A DNA stretch of 64,000 bases from a virus. Its lineage: Duplodnaviria; Caudoviricetes. The notes beneath the pieces are model-generated. The model saw only the letters and a list, made by a program, of their open reading frames with translations, was not told where the DNA came from and ran no database searches. Both the position numbers and the translations under genes were made by a program. The stretch lies in IMG/VR virus record IMGVR_UViG_3300037762_000282, positions 4,850 through 68,849 of that record. One strand, 5' to 3'. Of the stretch, positions 10,315 to 20,253 are shown piece after piece. The stretch's first letter is position 1. Each line of letters begins with the position of its first letter.

Positions 10315-10637
10315 GAGCTGCCGCACGGGATCGACGTGCAGGCCACGACTTCCACGCCCTCGGCCCACCGGTAGAAGCTGCCGTCGGGGAGGATCACGGC
10401 GAGACCGTGAACCAGGACGCAGTCGCCGACCTTGATTTCCAGCGCCTCCGCTGACTCGTTGACCACGAACGGAACGGCGCTCACCGTGACGGAGCGGAAG
10501 TAACTGCCGTCCCCCGCGGGGACGATGACCACCTCGGCGACGGGGCCGGCGAGAGTGAACATCGGCAGGCCTTGCTCGCCGGCGGCGACCGGGGCGGCCA
10601 TCAGGATCAGCAGCAGAGCAACGATGGTGGTACGCAT
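10311..10637 (-). CDS. Small secreted protein (OB-fold-like), opposite strand
   Basis: Signal peptide MRTTIVALLLILMAAPVAAG and RBS GAGGGAG. Confidence 0.6.
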   Translation of the reverse strand: MRTTIVALLLILMAAPVAAGEQGLPMFTLAGPVAEVVIVPAGDGSYFRSVTVSAVPFVVNESAEALEIKVGDCVLVHGLAVILPDGSFYRWAEGVEVVACTSIPCGSS

Positions 10638-10770
10638 AGCGATCTCCCTCAGTCAGAACTCCCGCCCGGCCGCCCGCAAGCGGTTGTCGAGGCCGCTGCG
10701 CGCGAGCGACCGGGCGGGAGAGGTTGTTGGGTTGGGCATCGCAGCGGCCTCGACAACCCGAGTGTAGACC

Positions 10771-11958
10771 ATGCGCATCCGCGAGTCAAGGTCCGCGCTG
10801 AAATCCCGTAACGGCCCGAGTGGGGCCGCCGCTCTGCGAGGATGGACGACCGTGAGAATTGCTGCCGCGGTAGCGCTGCTCCTACTCGTTTCCGGCTCGG
10901 CCTCCGGGCAGCTCGGCGGTCGCCATCCCCCGCGCCGGACGATCGCTGGCGGCTTCGGCGCCTGCGAGGCCAGCGGAGGCATCGGCCCGCGGCTCCAGGT
11001 CGCCACGGACGGGCTCACCGCCACGGACTGCACTGCCGGCGAGGGCGTCACCGCGGCGCTGTGCTGGTGCGACGGCTCGGCCTGGGTGCCCCTGCTATCG
11101 GCCGGTGGCGACGTCTCGAGCGTCTTCACCCGCACCGGTGCGGTCGTGGCCGAGGCCGGCGACTACGACGCCGCCCTGATCAACTACACCCCCGCCGACG
11201 GCACGGACTGGACCGACCCCGACCCGACCACGGTGGAGCAAGCCGGGGACGACCTCGCCGCCCGCGTGACCGATGACGAGGCGGCGCTCAGCTCGCACGC
11301 CGGCAACACCGACGCTCACCACGCCCGCGACCACGCCGCCGCGCACGCCCTCGGAGGGTTGGACGCGCTGACCGTCACCACGCTGGCGAGCCCCTGCACC
11401 GATGCCCAAGTCCTCGGCGGGACGGCGGCGGGGACGGGGGTGGAGTGCCAGGCGGCGGGGGGCGGGGTTGGCGGCTCTACCGGGGCGACCGACAACGCCC
11501 TGCTGCTCGCCGACGGGACCGGGGGGGCGCTTCTGAAGTCCGCGGGGGCGGACCTGGTGTTCTCCGACACCGCGAATCGCCTGATGTGCACCGGAGATGT
11601 CTCCAACCCACCCCGAATTCAGCTCAATAGATCAAGCGCCGGTGCGGGCCTCAAGAAGTGGGAGATCTACAACGAGGGAGGCTCGTCAGCAGCCTTGCTC
11701 GTGTTCGGCCTCCTGAACGACGCCGAGACGGCCTGGACGCGGCAAAACATGCTCCGCCTCCGCGTCGACGGCACCGGCGACTACCTCGACCTCGGAAGCA
11801 ATTCAACGGGGCCGACCCGGCTGCGGCGCGGCTGCCAGAACACGGCGCCGACGACCTGCGCCATCGGCGACGACTACTCAGATTGCAGTGGAGCGCTCTG
11901 CTTCTGTTCGGTGACGAACACCTGGGAACAGGTCAACGCCGTAGGGAGTTGCGTATGA
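10771..11958 (+). CDS. Secreted or virion-associated protein; start may be GTG 10852
   Basis: Signal-like VRIAAAVALLLLVSGSASGQ; tail-fibre-like segments (VSSVFTRTGAVVA, GATDNALLLADGTGG). Confidence 0.55.
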   Translation: MRIRESRSALKSRNGPSGAAALRGWTTVRIAAAVALLLLVSGSASGQLGGRHPPRRTIAGGFGACEASGGIGPRLQVATDGLTATDCTAGEGVTAALCWCDGSAWVPLLSAGGDVSSVFTRTGAVVAEAGDYDAALINYTPADGTDWTDPDPTTVEQAGDDLAARVTDDEAALSSHAGNTDAHHARDHAAAHALGGLDALTVTTLASPCTDAQVLGGTAAGTGVECQAAGGGVGGSTGATDNALLLADGTGGALLKSAGADLVFSDTANRLMCTGDVSNPPRIQLNRSSAGAGLKKWEIYNEGGSSAALLVFGLLNDAETAWTRQNMLRLRVDGTGDYLDLGSNSTGPTRLRRGCQNTAPTTCAIGDDYSDCSGALCFCSVTNTWEQVNAVGSCV

Positions 11959-13067
11959 ATCGTCGCCTCGCCTTCGCTTGGTGGTGGGGAATGGCCTGCT
12001 TGCTAGCGATTCCGGCCGCTGCTCAGGCGCCGCTCGAACTCGATCACGGCGAGCAGATCTCGATCTCTTGCGCCCCCGCTCCACCGGCCTGTCCGCCGAG
12101 TTGCGGCGACGGCACCTGCGACGCGGCCGAGCGGTGCACCTGTACCCCGGACTGCGGGATGCCGCCGATGATCGAGACCGCGTGCGCCGACGGGATCGAC
12201 GATGACTGCGACACGCTGACCGACTGCGCCGACGGCGACTGCTCGGCAGATCCGGCGTGCGCGCCCTCGAGCGGCCCGCCGGCCGCCGGGCTCGTCTTCC
12301 GCCACGACTACCGGAACGGGCACGCCGTCGAGCCTGGCGTCTTCCCGGTCGAGACGATCTGCATGGGTTGCGCGCCGGCCGGGAAAGAAGTCCATCACCT
12401 CCTCGGCAACGAACCCGGAGACCCGCTGCGCGAAGCGACCGAGGTGGATCCCCGCTGGTGGCCGACGATCGAGGCCGACGGGATCCGCTTCGACGGCGAC
12501 GATCAGCTCCTGTTCCAGCGATGCACTTCGCTCGATCCGCTCATCTGCGAGTACCAGGACTGGCGGATGACGGCCGACGATGCGTGGGCGGTCTACTTCG
12601 TCGGCGAGTTCGGCTCGGCCGGCTACTTCCTCGGCTACCCGAACGAGCCCGGCGTCGAGTACAGCTACATCAACATCCAAGAGTCCGGCGGCTGGAAGAT
12701 CCGCATCGAGGCCGGGCTCAAGATGGATCTCGGCCACACGCCGTTCGACACGCGGCTCGCCCTGGTGATCGAGAGACAGGCCGACAGAACGCTCAAATTC
12801 TGGAAGCGCCTGCCGTGCGGGGGCTGGATCGACGGCTCGATCGGTGCGGTAGCGCAGGCCGGGAAGCGCCCCGGGTTCGGCTGCTGGTCGTGCTACTTCG
12901 CGAACGAGACCAAGCCTCCCCCGGACGACTTGTCACCCGGGATGTTCACCCGCTTCCGCGATGGGGGCGGCTATCAGATCGCCTTCGACGTGACTTCCCG
13001 CGCCGGGCTGTTCGCTCACCTCGACGCCGAGCACGGCCCCTGGATCGACGCGGGGTGCGGTGGCTGA
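11955..13067 (+). CDS. Secreted cysteine-rich protein
   Basis: ATG 11955 with signal peptide; Cys repeats CGDGTCDAAERC and CADGIDDDCDTLTDCADGDC. Confidence 0.65.
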   Translation: MNRRLAFAWWWGMACLLAIPAAAQAPLELDHGEQISISCAPAPPACPPSCGDGTCDAAERCTCTPDCGMPPMIETACADGIDDDCDTLTDCADGDCSADPACAPSSGPPAAGLVFRHDYRNGHAVEPGVFPVETICMGCAPAGKEVHHLLGNEPGDPLREATEVDPRWWPTIEADGIRFDGDDQLLFQRCTSLDPLICEYQDWRMTADDAWAVYFVGEFGSAGYFLGYPNEPGVEYSYINIQESGGWKIRIEAGLKMDLGHTPFDTRLALVIERQADRTLKFWKRLPCGGWIDGSIGAVAQAGKRPGFGCWSCYFANETKPPPDDLSPGMFTRFRDGGGYQIAFDVTSRAGLFAHLDAEHGPWIDAGCGG

Positions 13068-13221
13068 CCTGAGCGCTGCGAGCCCGTGCTGAAATCCAAT
13101 AAACCCTCGTGCTCCCCAACAGATCTGCCACTATTCCGGGGTCATGCGTCTCTCCTCCATCGGCGGGCCGCTCCTGTACCCTCCGGGGGCGGCCCGCACT
13201 CTTTTCAGGTAGGCTAGGGGC

Positions 13222-13524
13222 GTGGATCCCTCGGTCATCGCCGCGCTATCCGGCGCCCCGGCGTCGCTGGTGCTGGCCTACTTCATCATCGCGCAGCAGC
13301 GCGATCGAAAGATGGAGCGCCGCGACTATCTTCGTTCGATGGCGGCCGACCGCCACGCGATCGAGGGACTCAGCATCACGATCCAGCGCCAAAGCGCCCT
13401 GTTGCTCACGGCGGTGGAGTACATCGCCCCCGGGCGAGGGGAGGCCATTCAGAGGCGCGTGACCGAGCTATTCCAGCAGCCAACCGCCCCGCCGTACGAC
13501 CATGAGCAAGGGGAGGATTCGTAG
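13222..13524 (+). CDS. Small membrane protein, holin-like
   Basis: N-terminal TM segment; first of several overlapping small membrane ORFs. Confidence 0.4.
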   Translation: MDPSVIAALSGAPASLVLAYFIIAQQRDRKMERRDYLRSMAADRHAIEGLSITIQRQSALLLTAVEYIAPGRGEAIQRRVTELFQQPTAPPYDHEQGEDS

Positions 13525-13820
13525 TGCGCCCTCGCCCGCGATGGTTCGACGTCGCGGTATGCCTGATTCTTATAGTCGGTGCTGCATGCCTTTACTTCGC
13601 CGTACGGGGATTGCAGAAGGAAAACCAGGGGCTGCGCAATGATCTCGCACAGGCGAATCAGCAGCTCCGCGTCGAGATCACGGCCGAGCTACGGGAGTGT
13701 CAGCGCGTGATCTCCGAACACCGCAACGAGGAACGGGACCGCTTCTACGAAGGCAAGGTCCTGATCCAATTGGACGGCGCCCGTACCCGCGACGCTGTCA
13801 AGGAGAATCCGCGGCCATGA
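13524..13820 (+). CDS. Membrane-anchored coiled-coil protein (spanin/holin-like)
   Basis: N-terminal TM helix followed by a coiled coil. Confidence 0.35.
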   Translation: MRPRPRWFDVAVCLILIVGAACLYFAVRGLQKENQGLRNDLAQANQQLRVEITAELRECQRVISEHRNEERDRFYEGKVLIQLDGARTRDAVKENPRP

Positions 13821-14026
13821 ACAAGCTGGCGTCCGCCGTCGCGTCCTACACCCCGCAGCTTCCGATCTCCGGCGAGGTGGCAGCCGAGATTCACGCCCTG
13901 GTCGACGCGACTCTGCACAAGCTCGCCGAGCAGGTCGATCAGAAGCTCCAATCCCTCGGCGCTGCGGCCGAAGGGTCGGAAGAGGAGCGGGTGATCATCA
14001 TCACCTCGCCGCCGCCGCCGCCGTAG
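13817..14026 (+). CDS. Hypothetical protein
   Basis: RBS AAGGAG; ATG overlaps the upstream stop. Confidence 0.45.
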   Translation: MNKLASAVASYTPQLPISGEVAAEIHALVDATLHKLAEQVDQKLQSLGAAAEGSEEERVIIITSPPPPP

Positions 14027-14038
14027 CGCTGGTGACCC

Positions 14039-14440
14039 GTGCCTGAGATCCTCGAGCGCCTCCGCGCGCTCACCGACGACCTGCCGAACCCCGGCCTGCT
14101 GTCCCAGGTGGTCGAGTCCCTCCCGGACGCGCTGCTCGTGGTAGCCGCGGACGGTAGCGTGGTCTTGTTCAACCGACAGGCCGAGATGATGTTCGGGTAC
14201 CACCGATCGGAGGTGCTCGGGCGGTCCGTCGATGCCCTGGTGCCGGAAGCCCTGCGAGAGCGCCACGCCGAGCACCGGGAGGGCTTCTCGACGAATCCGA
14301 CGCCGCGGCAGGTAGGGGCGGGGATGATGCTCTCCGGTCGTCACAAGGACGGCACGGAGTTCCCGGTCGAGATCGGTCTCTCGCCAATCCCGACGGCGGA
14401 CGGGCTGTACGTCTCGGCGGTGATCAGGAAGCTGCCATGA
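14039..14440 (+). CDS. Stand-alone PAS-domain protein
   Basis: PAS S-box signature VESLPDALLVV..DG..VLFNRQAEMMFGY..SEVLGR..GRHKDGTEFPVEIGLSP. Confidence 0.85.
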   Translation: MPEILERLRALTDDLPNPGLLSQVVESLPDALLVVAADGSVVLFNRQAEMMFGYHRSEVLGRSVDALVPEALRERHAEHREGFSTNPTPRQVGAGMMLSGRHKDGTEFPVEIGLSPIPTADGLYVSAVIRKLP

Positions 14441-14673
14441 GCGAAGGCCTGGAGGGGTGGGGCGAGTACAAGCGGCTGATCCTGCAAGAGCTGGAGCGGC
14501 TCTCGAAGGAGGTCGCGCTCTTGAACATCAAGCTCGACAACTTCCGCTCTGACGAAATCGCCGGCATCAAGGTGGAGGTCGCGATGCTGAAGGTCAAGGC
14601 TGGCGTGTGGGGCGCGATCTGCGGGGCGATTCCGGCAGTACTGGCGGCTATCGCCTGGTATCTGAGCCAGTAG
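14437..14673 (+). CDS. Coiled-coil protein with C-terminal TM helix (XhlA/holin-like)
   Basis: C-terminal GVWGAICGAIPAVLAAIAWYL; ATGA overlap with the PAS gene. Confidence 0.5.
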   Translation: MSEGLEGWGEYKRLILQELERLSKEVALLNIKLDNFRSDEIAGIKVEVAMLKVKAGVWGAICGAIPAVLAAIAWYLSQ

Positions 14674-14700
14674 AGGGGTCGGCGGTGGTAGAATCGCCGC

Positions 14701-14773
14701 CGTACCGTGGCGCAGCGGTCAGCGCGCCTGGCTCATACCCAGGAGGTCGCGGGTTCAAATCCCGCCGGTGCAA
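14701..14773 (+). tRNA. tRNA with CAT anticodon (Met, initiator-like C1.A72 mismatch; Ile2 not excluded)
   Basis: Cloverleaf: CGTACCG/CGGTGCA acceptor, CCTGG-CTCATAC-CCAGG anticodon arm, GCGGG-TTCAAAT-CCCGC T arm; no encoded CCA. Confidence 0.85.
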
Positions 14774-14776
14774 TGA

Positions 14777-14852
14777 GCCCCCGTAGCTCAGCAGGATAGA
14801 GAGGCGCCTCCTACGCGCAAGGTCGCCGGTTCGAATCCGGCCGGGGGCTCCA
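14777..14852 (+). tRNA. tRNA-Arg(CCT)
   Basis: GCCCCCG/CGGGGGC acceptor, loop CTCCTAC, GCCGG-TTCGAAT-CCGGC T arm, encoded CCA; one mismatch each in the D and anticodon stems. Confidence 0.8.
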
Positions 14853-15143
14853 AGAGAGACGAGACGGTATCCATGCCCACCCGCGAGCCGAGATCATGCC
14901 CCCGCTGCGCCCCTACCTGCTGCGCGTCGACTACCGCTTCGGCGCACTCGACGATCCCGACGCCCGGGCTCGTGTCGCCGGCGTAGTCGAGCAGGCCCTC
15001 CGCGGCATCGGCGTCCGCGACAGCGAGACGGCGGTCAAGCTGCAGCACCTCCGGGAGGGGGCGACTCCGCGGCGGGTGGTGCTGGCCACCGACTGAAATC
15101 CAGTAACCCCCACAAGCGGCAGCCATGCGCTTACAGTGGCCGC

Positions 15144-15374
15144 ATGAGCCGCCTCCCCCGCACCCTAAAGGCGCCGTGCCCGCGTTGCAACGGGCGGGGC
15201 GAGCTTGAGCGCGTAGACGGCGCAAGCCTTCGCGAGATCCGCGAAGACGCCTATCTGGGCCTGAGGGAGTTCGCCGAGCGCATCGGGCTCTCGGCGGCCT
15301 ACGTGTCGGACGTGGAACTCGGCAGGCGCCGGGCGACCGAGAAGATCGTCGAGCAGTACAGGAGGATCGCTTGA
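15144..15374 (+). CDS. XRE-family HTH protein with an N-terminal CxxC
   Basis: LREIREDAYLGLREFAERIGLSAAYVSDVELGRR; a TACAGT -10-like hexamer 6 nt upstream of the ATG suggests a leaderless mRNA. Confidence 0.8.
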   Translation: MSRLPRTLKAPCPRCNGRGELERVDGASLREIREDAYLGLREFAERIGLSAAYVSDVELGRRRATEKIVEQYRRIA

Positions 15375-15826
15375 TGAGCGTGCTGAAGCCGGCGGGCGAA
15401 GCGCCGCCCGCGCCCGGGGTGTACCTCCTCTACAAGGGCGGGCACCTGGTCTACGTCGGCCAGACCAAGAACCTGCGCCGCCGCCTGGTGGATCTGGATC
15501 ATCGGAAGGCGGATCAGTTCTATCTGCTGCCGGTTGATGATCGCAAAGAGGTGGAGGCCGCGCTGTTGTCCGCCCTCGATCCTGTTGGCAACGACCGCGG
15601 GTGCCCCAACCCCGCGGAGTTTAGGGTCTACGACGGCCACCGTAAGTGGGGCTGTCGCCTCAACATGCGCATTTCCCCGGATCTTGCTGCGGACCTGCAC
15701 CGGCTCGCGGCCAAGGACGGGCGGCGCCTGAGCGATCAGGTGCGCTGGATCCTCCGGGGTGCAGTCGAGCGCAGCGAGCCCGGCGGACGGCACTCCCGCC
15801 GGGCCGCTGCGGGGAGGGAATCCTGA
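15371..15826 (+). CDS. GIY-YIG-like domain fused to an Arc/ribbon-helix-helix domain
   Basis: PGVYLLYKGGHLVYVGQTKNLRRRL at the N-terminus; RLNMRISPDLAADLHRLAAKDGRRLSDQVRWIL at the C-terminus. Confidence 0.7.
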   Translation: MMSVLKPAGEAPPAPGVYLLYKGGHLVYVGQTKNLRRRLVDLDHRKADQFYLLPVDDRKEVEAALLSALDPVGNDRGCPNPAEFRVYDGHRKWGCRLNMRISPDLAADLHRLAAKDGRRLSDQVRWILRGAVERSEPGGRHSRRAAAGRES

Positions 15827-16197
15827 TGATCGAAGCTCTCTATCAACACGCCCACATCGTCTACGGCTCATGGGATGACGACCTCGGTCAGCCAGAGTCA
15901 GCCATCGGCGTCTCCGTCGACAACGGCGGCGTGGTCATCCTGCAGCAGGAGGGCCGCGCCCTCAACATCCAGCCGCGCGACGTGCCCGAGCTGTGCAAGG
16001 CCCTGCGCGCGGTGGTCAAGGCGGCGACCGAGTGATGGACCGTCGCACTGCGGGGAGGAAGCGATGATCTACCTGCCGGTGGCTGTGCTCGCGATAGCCC
16101 TGGTGCTGATCGGAGCCGGCGCGCTCATGACGACGCGCACACTCAGGCGGCGGATCGAGGTTCTCGAGGCGACCCTCCGCCAGAACGGGATCTACCT

Positions 16198-16824
16198 ATG
16201 ACCGACCGCCGCGACCTCGACAACCGCGCCTTCGTCGGCCGGGTACAGCGCTGGCTCGGCGTCCGCCCCGATGAATGGGCGGGGAGCGAGACGGCGGCGG
16301 CGTGGGTGGTGCGGACGGGGGATCACGCCCCCGACGGTTGGCCGGCTCCTGACGAGCGCTCACTTCGCGACTTCTACGGCGACCCAGGAGACGAGCGTAA
16401 CCTCGTCTCGATCTCCCTCCCCTACCCGATGGTCCTCGCCTGGGATGGCGACCCGTCGACGCCGGCCTTCGATGCCGTGACCGTCCGCTCGACGCGCTGC
16501 CACCACAAGGTTGCCGAGTCGCTGCGCGAGTGCCTCGCAGCGATCCTCGCCCACTACGGGAGCATCAGGGCGGTGCAGGAAGCTCGGATGCACCTGCTCG
16601 GCGGCGTGTTCAATCAGCGCCGGCAGCGCGGCGGGTCGGCCTGGTCGCTCCATGCCTGGGGTGCGGCGATCGACATTGACCCGGAGCAGAACGGGTTCCG
16701 CACCCCGTGGCCCGCGGTGGCGACGATGCCGGAGGCGGTGATCGAGATCTTCGAGGCGAGGGGATGGAAGAGCGGGGCGCGGGCGTGGGGGCGGGACGCG
16801 ATGCACTTCCAGGGGACACGCTGA
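16198..16824 (+). CDS. Endolysin, M15-family peptidase
   Basis: FNQRRQRGGSAWSLHAWGAAIDIDP and DAMHFQ Zn-peptidase motifs. Confidence 0.85.
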   Translation: MTDRRDLDNRAFVGRVQRWLGVRPDEWAGSETAAAWVVRTGDHAPDGWPAPDERSLRDFYGDPGDERNLVSISLPYPMVLAWDGDPSTPAFDAVTVRSTRCHHKVAESLRECLAAILAHYGSIRAVQEARMHLLGGVFNQRRQRGGSAWSLHAWGAAIDIDPEQNGFRTPWPAVATMPEAVIEIFEARGWKSGARAWGRDAMHFQGTR

Positions 16825-17954
16825 TGCCCTGGATCATACGCCGCCGGCCCGCCTACTCCGACGTTGTCGCCGAGCACCGCGCATCGGGCGTGCGGCTCAC
16901 GCTCGGGCATAAGACGGAGTGCCTGTGCGAGGACTGCCTCACCGTGCCGTCCGCTGACCGGCGAGCGGTCGAGAGCTGGCTGCGCGCACTACCGGATCCG
17001 CCGGCAAGCTTAGTCAACCACCTGGCCGAGCGCCGGGAAACCTCATGACACGCCGCCCTCCCCTCCCGCTCGCTGGTCGCGTCGCCCGGGACGTGATGGG
17101 GTGGCAGCTCGCTGGGGTCCCGCCGGGCTGGGACCCGCTCGCCAAACCCGGCGACCTCATGGACGTGATCGGGGCGATGCGCGAGCGCCGCTACGACTGC
17201 GAGATCACCATAGAGACGTGGGGGCCGGCGGTGACATTCACCCGCGGCGCGGACGATCGGGGCTTCCGCCGCGAGCCGTCTGTCCGCGGCGACTGGCGCG
17301 GCGCTCTCGCCAAAGCGGTCTGCCGGGCGGCACTGGAGGCGGTGAAGTCGTGACCTACACCCTCCGCCTCTACCGCTTCGACACCGGCTCCGAGTACTGG
17401 TCGCGCGAGTGCAGGAGCGGCGCTGCCGCGAAGCGGTGGGCGAAGGAGTGGCATCGATCGATAACCGACGCGACCTTCCCGCCGCCGGAGCTGCTGGCCC
17501 GGATCGAGAACTCTTTCAGTGCGGTGATCTACCACGCCGAGCTTCGGCGGGCGGGCTGGCGGCTGCGGTGGAAGCTGGGCGGCGGGGCGTTGCCGCGGGA
17601 GCCTCGCCCATGACCGGCTGGGGCGTCCGCGACCCGGAGGGGCGGCCGCTGCCGGTGGCGAGCGGCGGCTCGCCTGCACCCGGATGGGGGCCGACTGGTC
17701 GACCCTGGAGAGCGAGGGCTACCGCGTGGTGAGGATGGAGCTGAGGGAGGTGGGGCTGTGATCGAGATCCCGGAATTCTTGCTGTGGCTCCTGCTGGCGC
17801 TCGTAGCCTGGCTGGGCTACCTCGCCGGGGGCAACCGCGGACTTCGCGATGCGCGACAGGGCGGAGTCTGGTACCCGGCGCAACCCACGGAGCGGCCGAG
17901 CGGTCCGCCGCCTGTGCCGCCGCCTACGCCGACCGGGGCGCGGAGGGCGAGCCG

Positions 17955-18692
17955 GTGAAACTGACTAGCGAACAGATCGAAGCGGCCATCCTGGACTTTG
18001 ACGCAAAGAAGGTGGCCACGCACATGGAGCGGGTCCGCTGGATCTGGGTGTTCGCGGGGGAGGGACCGCGGGTCCCGCGAGTCCCCGAGATCCTCGACGA
18101 GGCGCGCCGGCTGCTTCGCTCGCTGGAGTGGAGTGGCGGCGCGGAAGGCGTATCCGACATCGCGTGCGGTGGCCTTCGGGCGTCGTTGATGCGTGATCGC
18201 AACGGGGAGCCCTGCGCCGCGCGAATCGGGTTCGAGATCGCCGACGGAAGAGTTTGGTGGAAGGCCGCTCGGAGGGCGCGCGCCAAGGCCGGCATCTCCG
18301 CCATCCTGCTCGCCCTCGCCTCGCCGCTCGCCGCTCAGGAGCCCGAGCCCCCGGCGCCCGAGCCCGGCCTCTACGCCGCCGCCCTCTGTACCCAGCGGGA
18401 GGGAGAGGACGATCCCTCAGCCCGCTGCGACCTCGGCGTCGCGGTTCCGCTCTACCACCGGGTCCGCCCGGAGACTCGCCGCGGCTGGGCCGTGGTCGGC
18501 TTCCTCGGCGGGGGCGGAGCTGGCGAAGGGGAAGGCCTTGGCATCGCCGGTGTCGGCGCCTCGTGGCTGTTCCCGGTGGGCGAGCGGCAGGGCGGGCTGG
18601 GGGTCGGCTGGGCGATCGAGTGGGGCGGCGAGGGGATCGACGTTGCGGATGGTCGGCTGACGGTGGGGTTTACGATCGGAGGGCGGCGATGA
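17955..18692 (+). CDS. Two-part protein: cytoplasmic N-domain, internal signal-like segment, beta-rich C-domain
   Basis: GTG start after RBS GGAGGG; internal AGISAILLALASPLAAQE. Confidence 0.5.
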   Translation: MKLTSEQIEAAILDFDAKKVATHMERVRWIWVFAGEGPRVPRVPEILDEARRLLRSLEWSGGAEGVSDIACGGLRASLMRDRNGEPCAARIGFEIADGRVWWKAARRARAKAGISAILLALASPLAAQEPEPPAPEPGLYAAALCTQREGEDDPSARCDLGVAVPLYHRVRPETRRGWAVVGFLGGGGAGEGEGLGIAGVGASWLFPVGERQGGLGVGWAIEWGGEGIDVADGRLTVGFTIGGRR

Positions 18693-20253
18693 ACACGCTT
18701 GACTACACCATCAAGACCAATCGGGAGAATTTCCTCGACCCCTACAAGGTCGTCGACCGACAGACCGGAGAGCTGCTGGGATTCGTCGCGCGCCGCCGCA
18801 AGAAATGGCGTGCGATGACTCCCGATCGAGACGTTATCGGGGACTTCTACCGACGAGACGAGGCAGCGGACCAAGTATCTGAGGCGGCGCGCCGGGCGTC
18901 CACGGAGGCGGCCGATGTCGAATAGCAAGCCATCCATCCCCGTCCTCGCCGCAGACTACGCCGAGCTGGCCAAGAGCATCGCCTACCTGGCTCTGCGCGC
19001 CGAGCGCCGCGGGGCGTACTCGACCGCCGAGAAGCTGGTCGAGGCGATCCCCTCGCTGATCTACAACCTCGGAGAGCGAGCCGCTGCCGAGTTGGTCGAT
19101 GTGCAGATGGAGCTGTCGAAAGCTCTGGCGGAGGTGCCCGATGGGGAGTAGCGCTCTACCCGTGATCGGCCGCGGGTCCACCGGCGATCAGGTGCTCGAC
19201 CTTCCCGCGCTCGTGCGCGCCATCGCCTCGCAGGATCGCATCGCCTGGGATCGACTCCAGTGGCAAGCGCTCACCACGAGACGCGACCCAGAAGACCTGG
19301 TCGCCGACATGGTGATCCGGGGGATGAGCGGCGCGGCGATGGCCGAAGGCGACAGCCCGCCGTTATTCGAGCGGTGCGGAAGCGAGCTGCGGATCACGTT
19401 GCGCGCGGAGGTGCCCGATGGGTAGTAGGAAGCATCCGGCCCCGCCGCCGAGGGATCACGGACGTAGCTTCGCTCACGAGAACCCGCCGCCGGCGAGCGC
19501 TCCGCCAATCGGACACCGCCCCGAGCAGCCGACGAAGAAGCCGAGCGGTCCCCCACCCGACCCACCCCCGACGCCGAGTGGCCGCGTTCACCTCGGTGCG
19601 CATGCCGGCCTGCCGGAGATCTCGGTGAGCGTGAGGCCGCCGCCAGCGAAGCCGCCGAAGGTGGTGGAGCCGCCCGTGTCGCGCGACTTCGTCTTCGCCT
19701 GCCCCGCCTGTGGACACCCCGGAGCGCAGACGGTCGAGTCCGATGTGGATATCCACGCCGGCGCCTCCTACACCTGCGATCGGTGCGGGGCGGACGTGCA
19801 CTTCGAAGCGTTGACGCGGGCGGAGTACCTTGCGCTCGCCAAGCCGCCGATGCGCGCCCGCTTCTCTTGCCCTCACCACCCCGACGTTGACGCCGAGCGC
19901 ATGTGGGGCTGCCCGGACTGCCTCGTGGAACTGCGGCGGGAGAACGGGCGGCTTCGCGCCGAGGGTGCCCGCGACTGGACGTACTGCTGCGACGCGCTAC
20001 CCGACGCGCACCAGCAGTGCGAGGTCGCGGGCGTCCTGGTGCACGAGTCGGGGGAGCTGTTGCAGTACAGGGGCCTGGCGATGTTTCGCCCCGACCTGTG
20101 CGACCGGTGGTTCGACCCGAGCGGCGAGGTCTACGTCTACGCCTGGCGTCTTCCCGTGGTTGACCCGCCACCCCTCCGCCCCGCCGATCGCGACTTCCTG
20201 ATCGCCGCCGGGGTGCCGGCGGAGTGGTTGACCGAACCGAAAGGAGAGACTTG

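Noticed and set aside
14788-15225. Minus-strand ORF ending EPPAGFEPATL
   Set aside because: This is the antisense shadow of the tRNA gene.
19460-19468. Self-target of unit 3 (GGACGTAGC exact match)
   Set aside because: The revcomp of spacer B is not adjacent. Single 9-mer matches (also ATCGACAAG at 2102 and 60501, TCCGCACCA at 54878, GTCCGCGGC at 17282) are expected by chance in GC-rich DNA. My search was by eye and not exhaustive.
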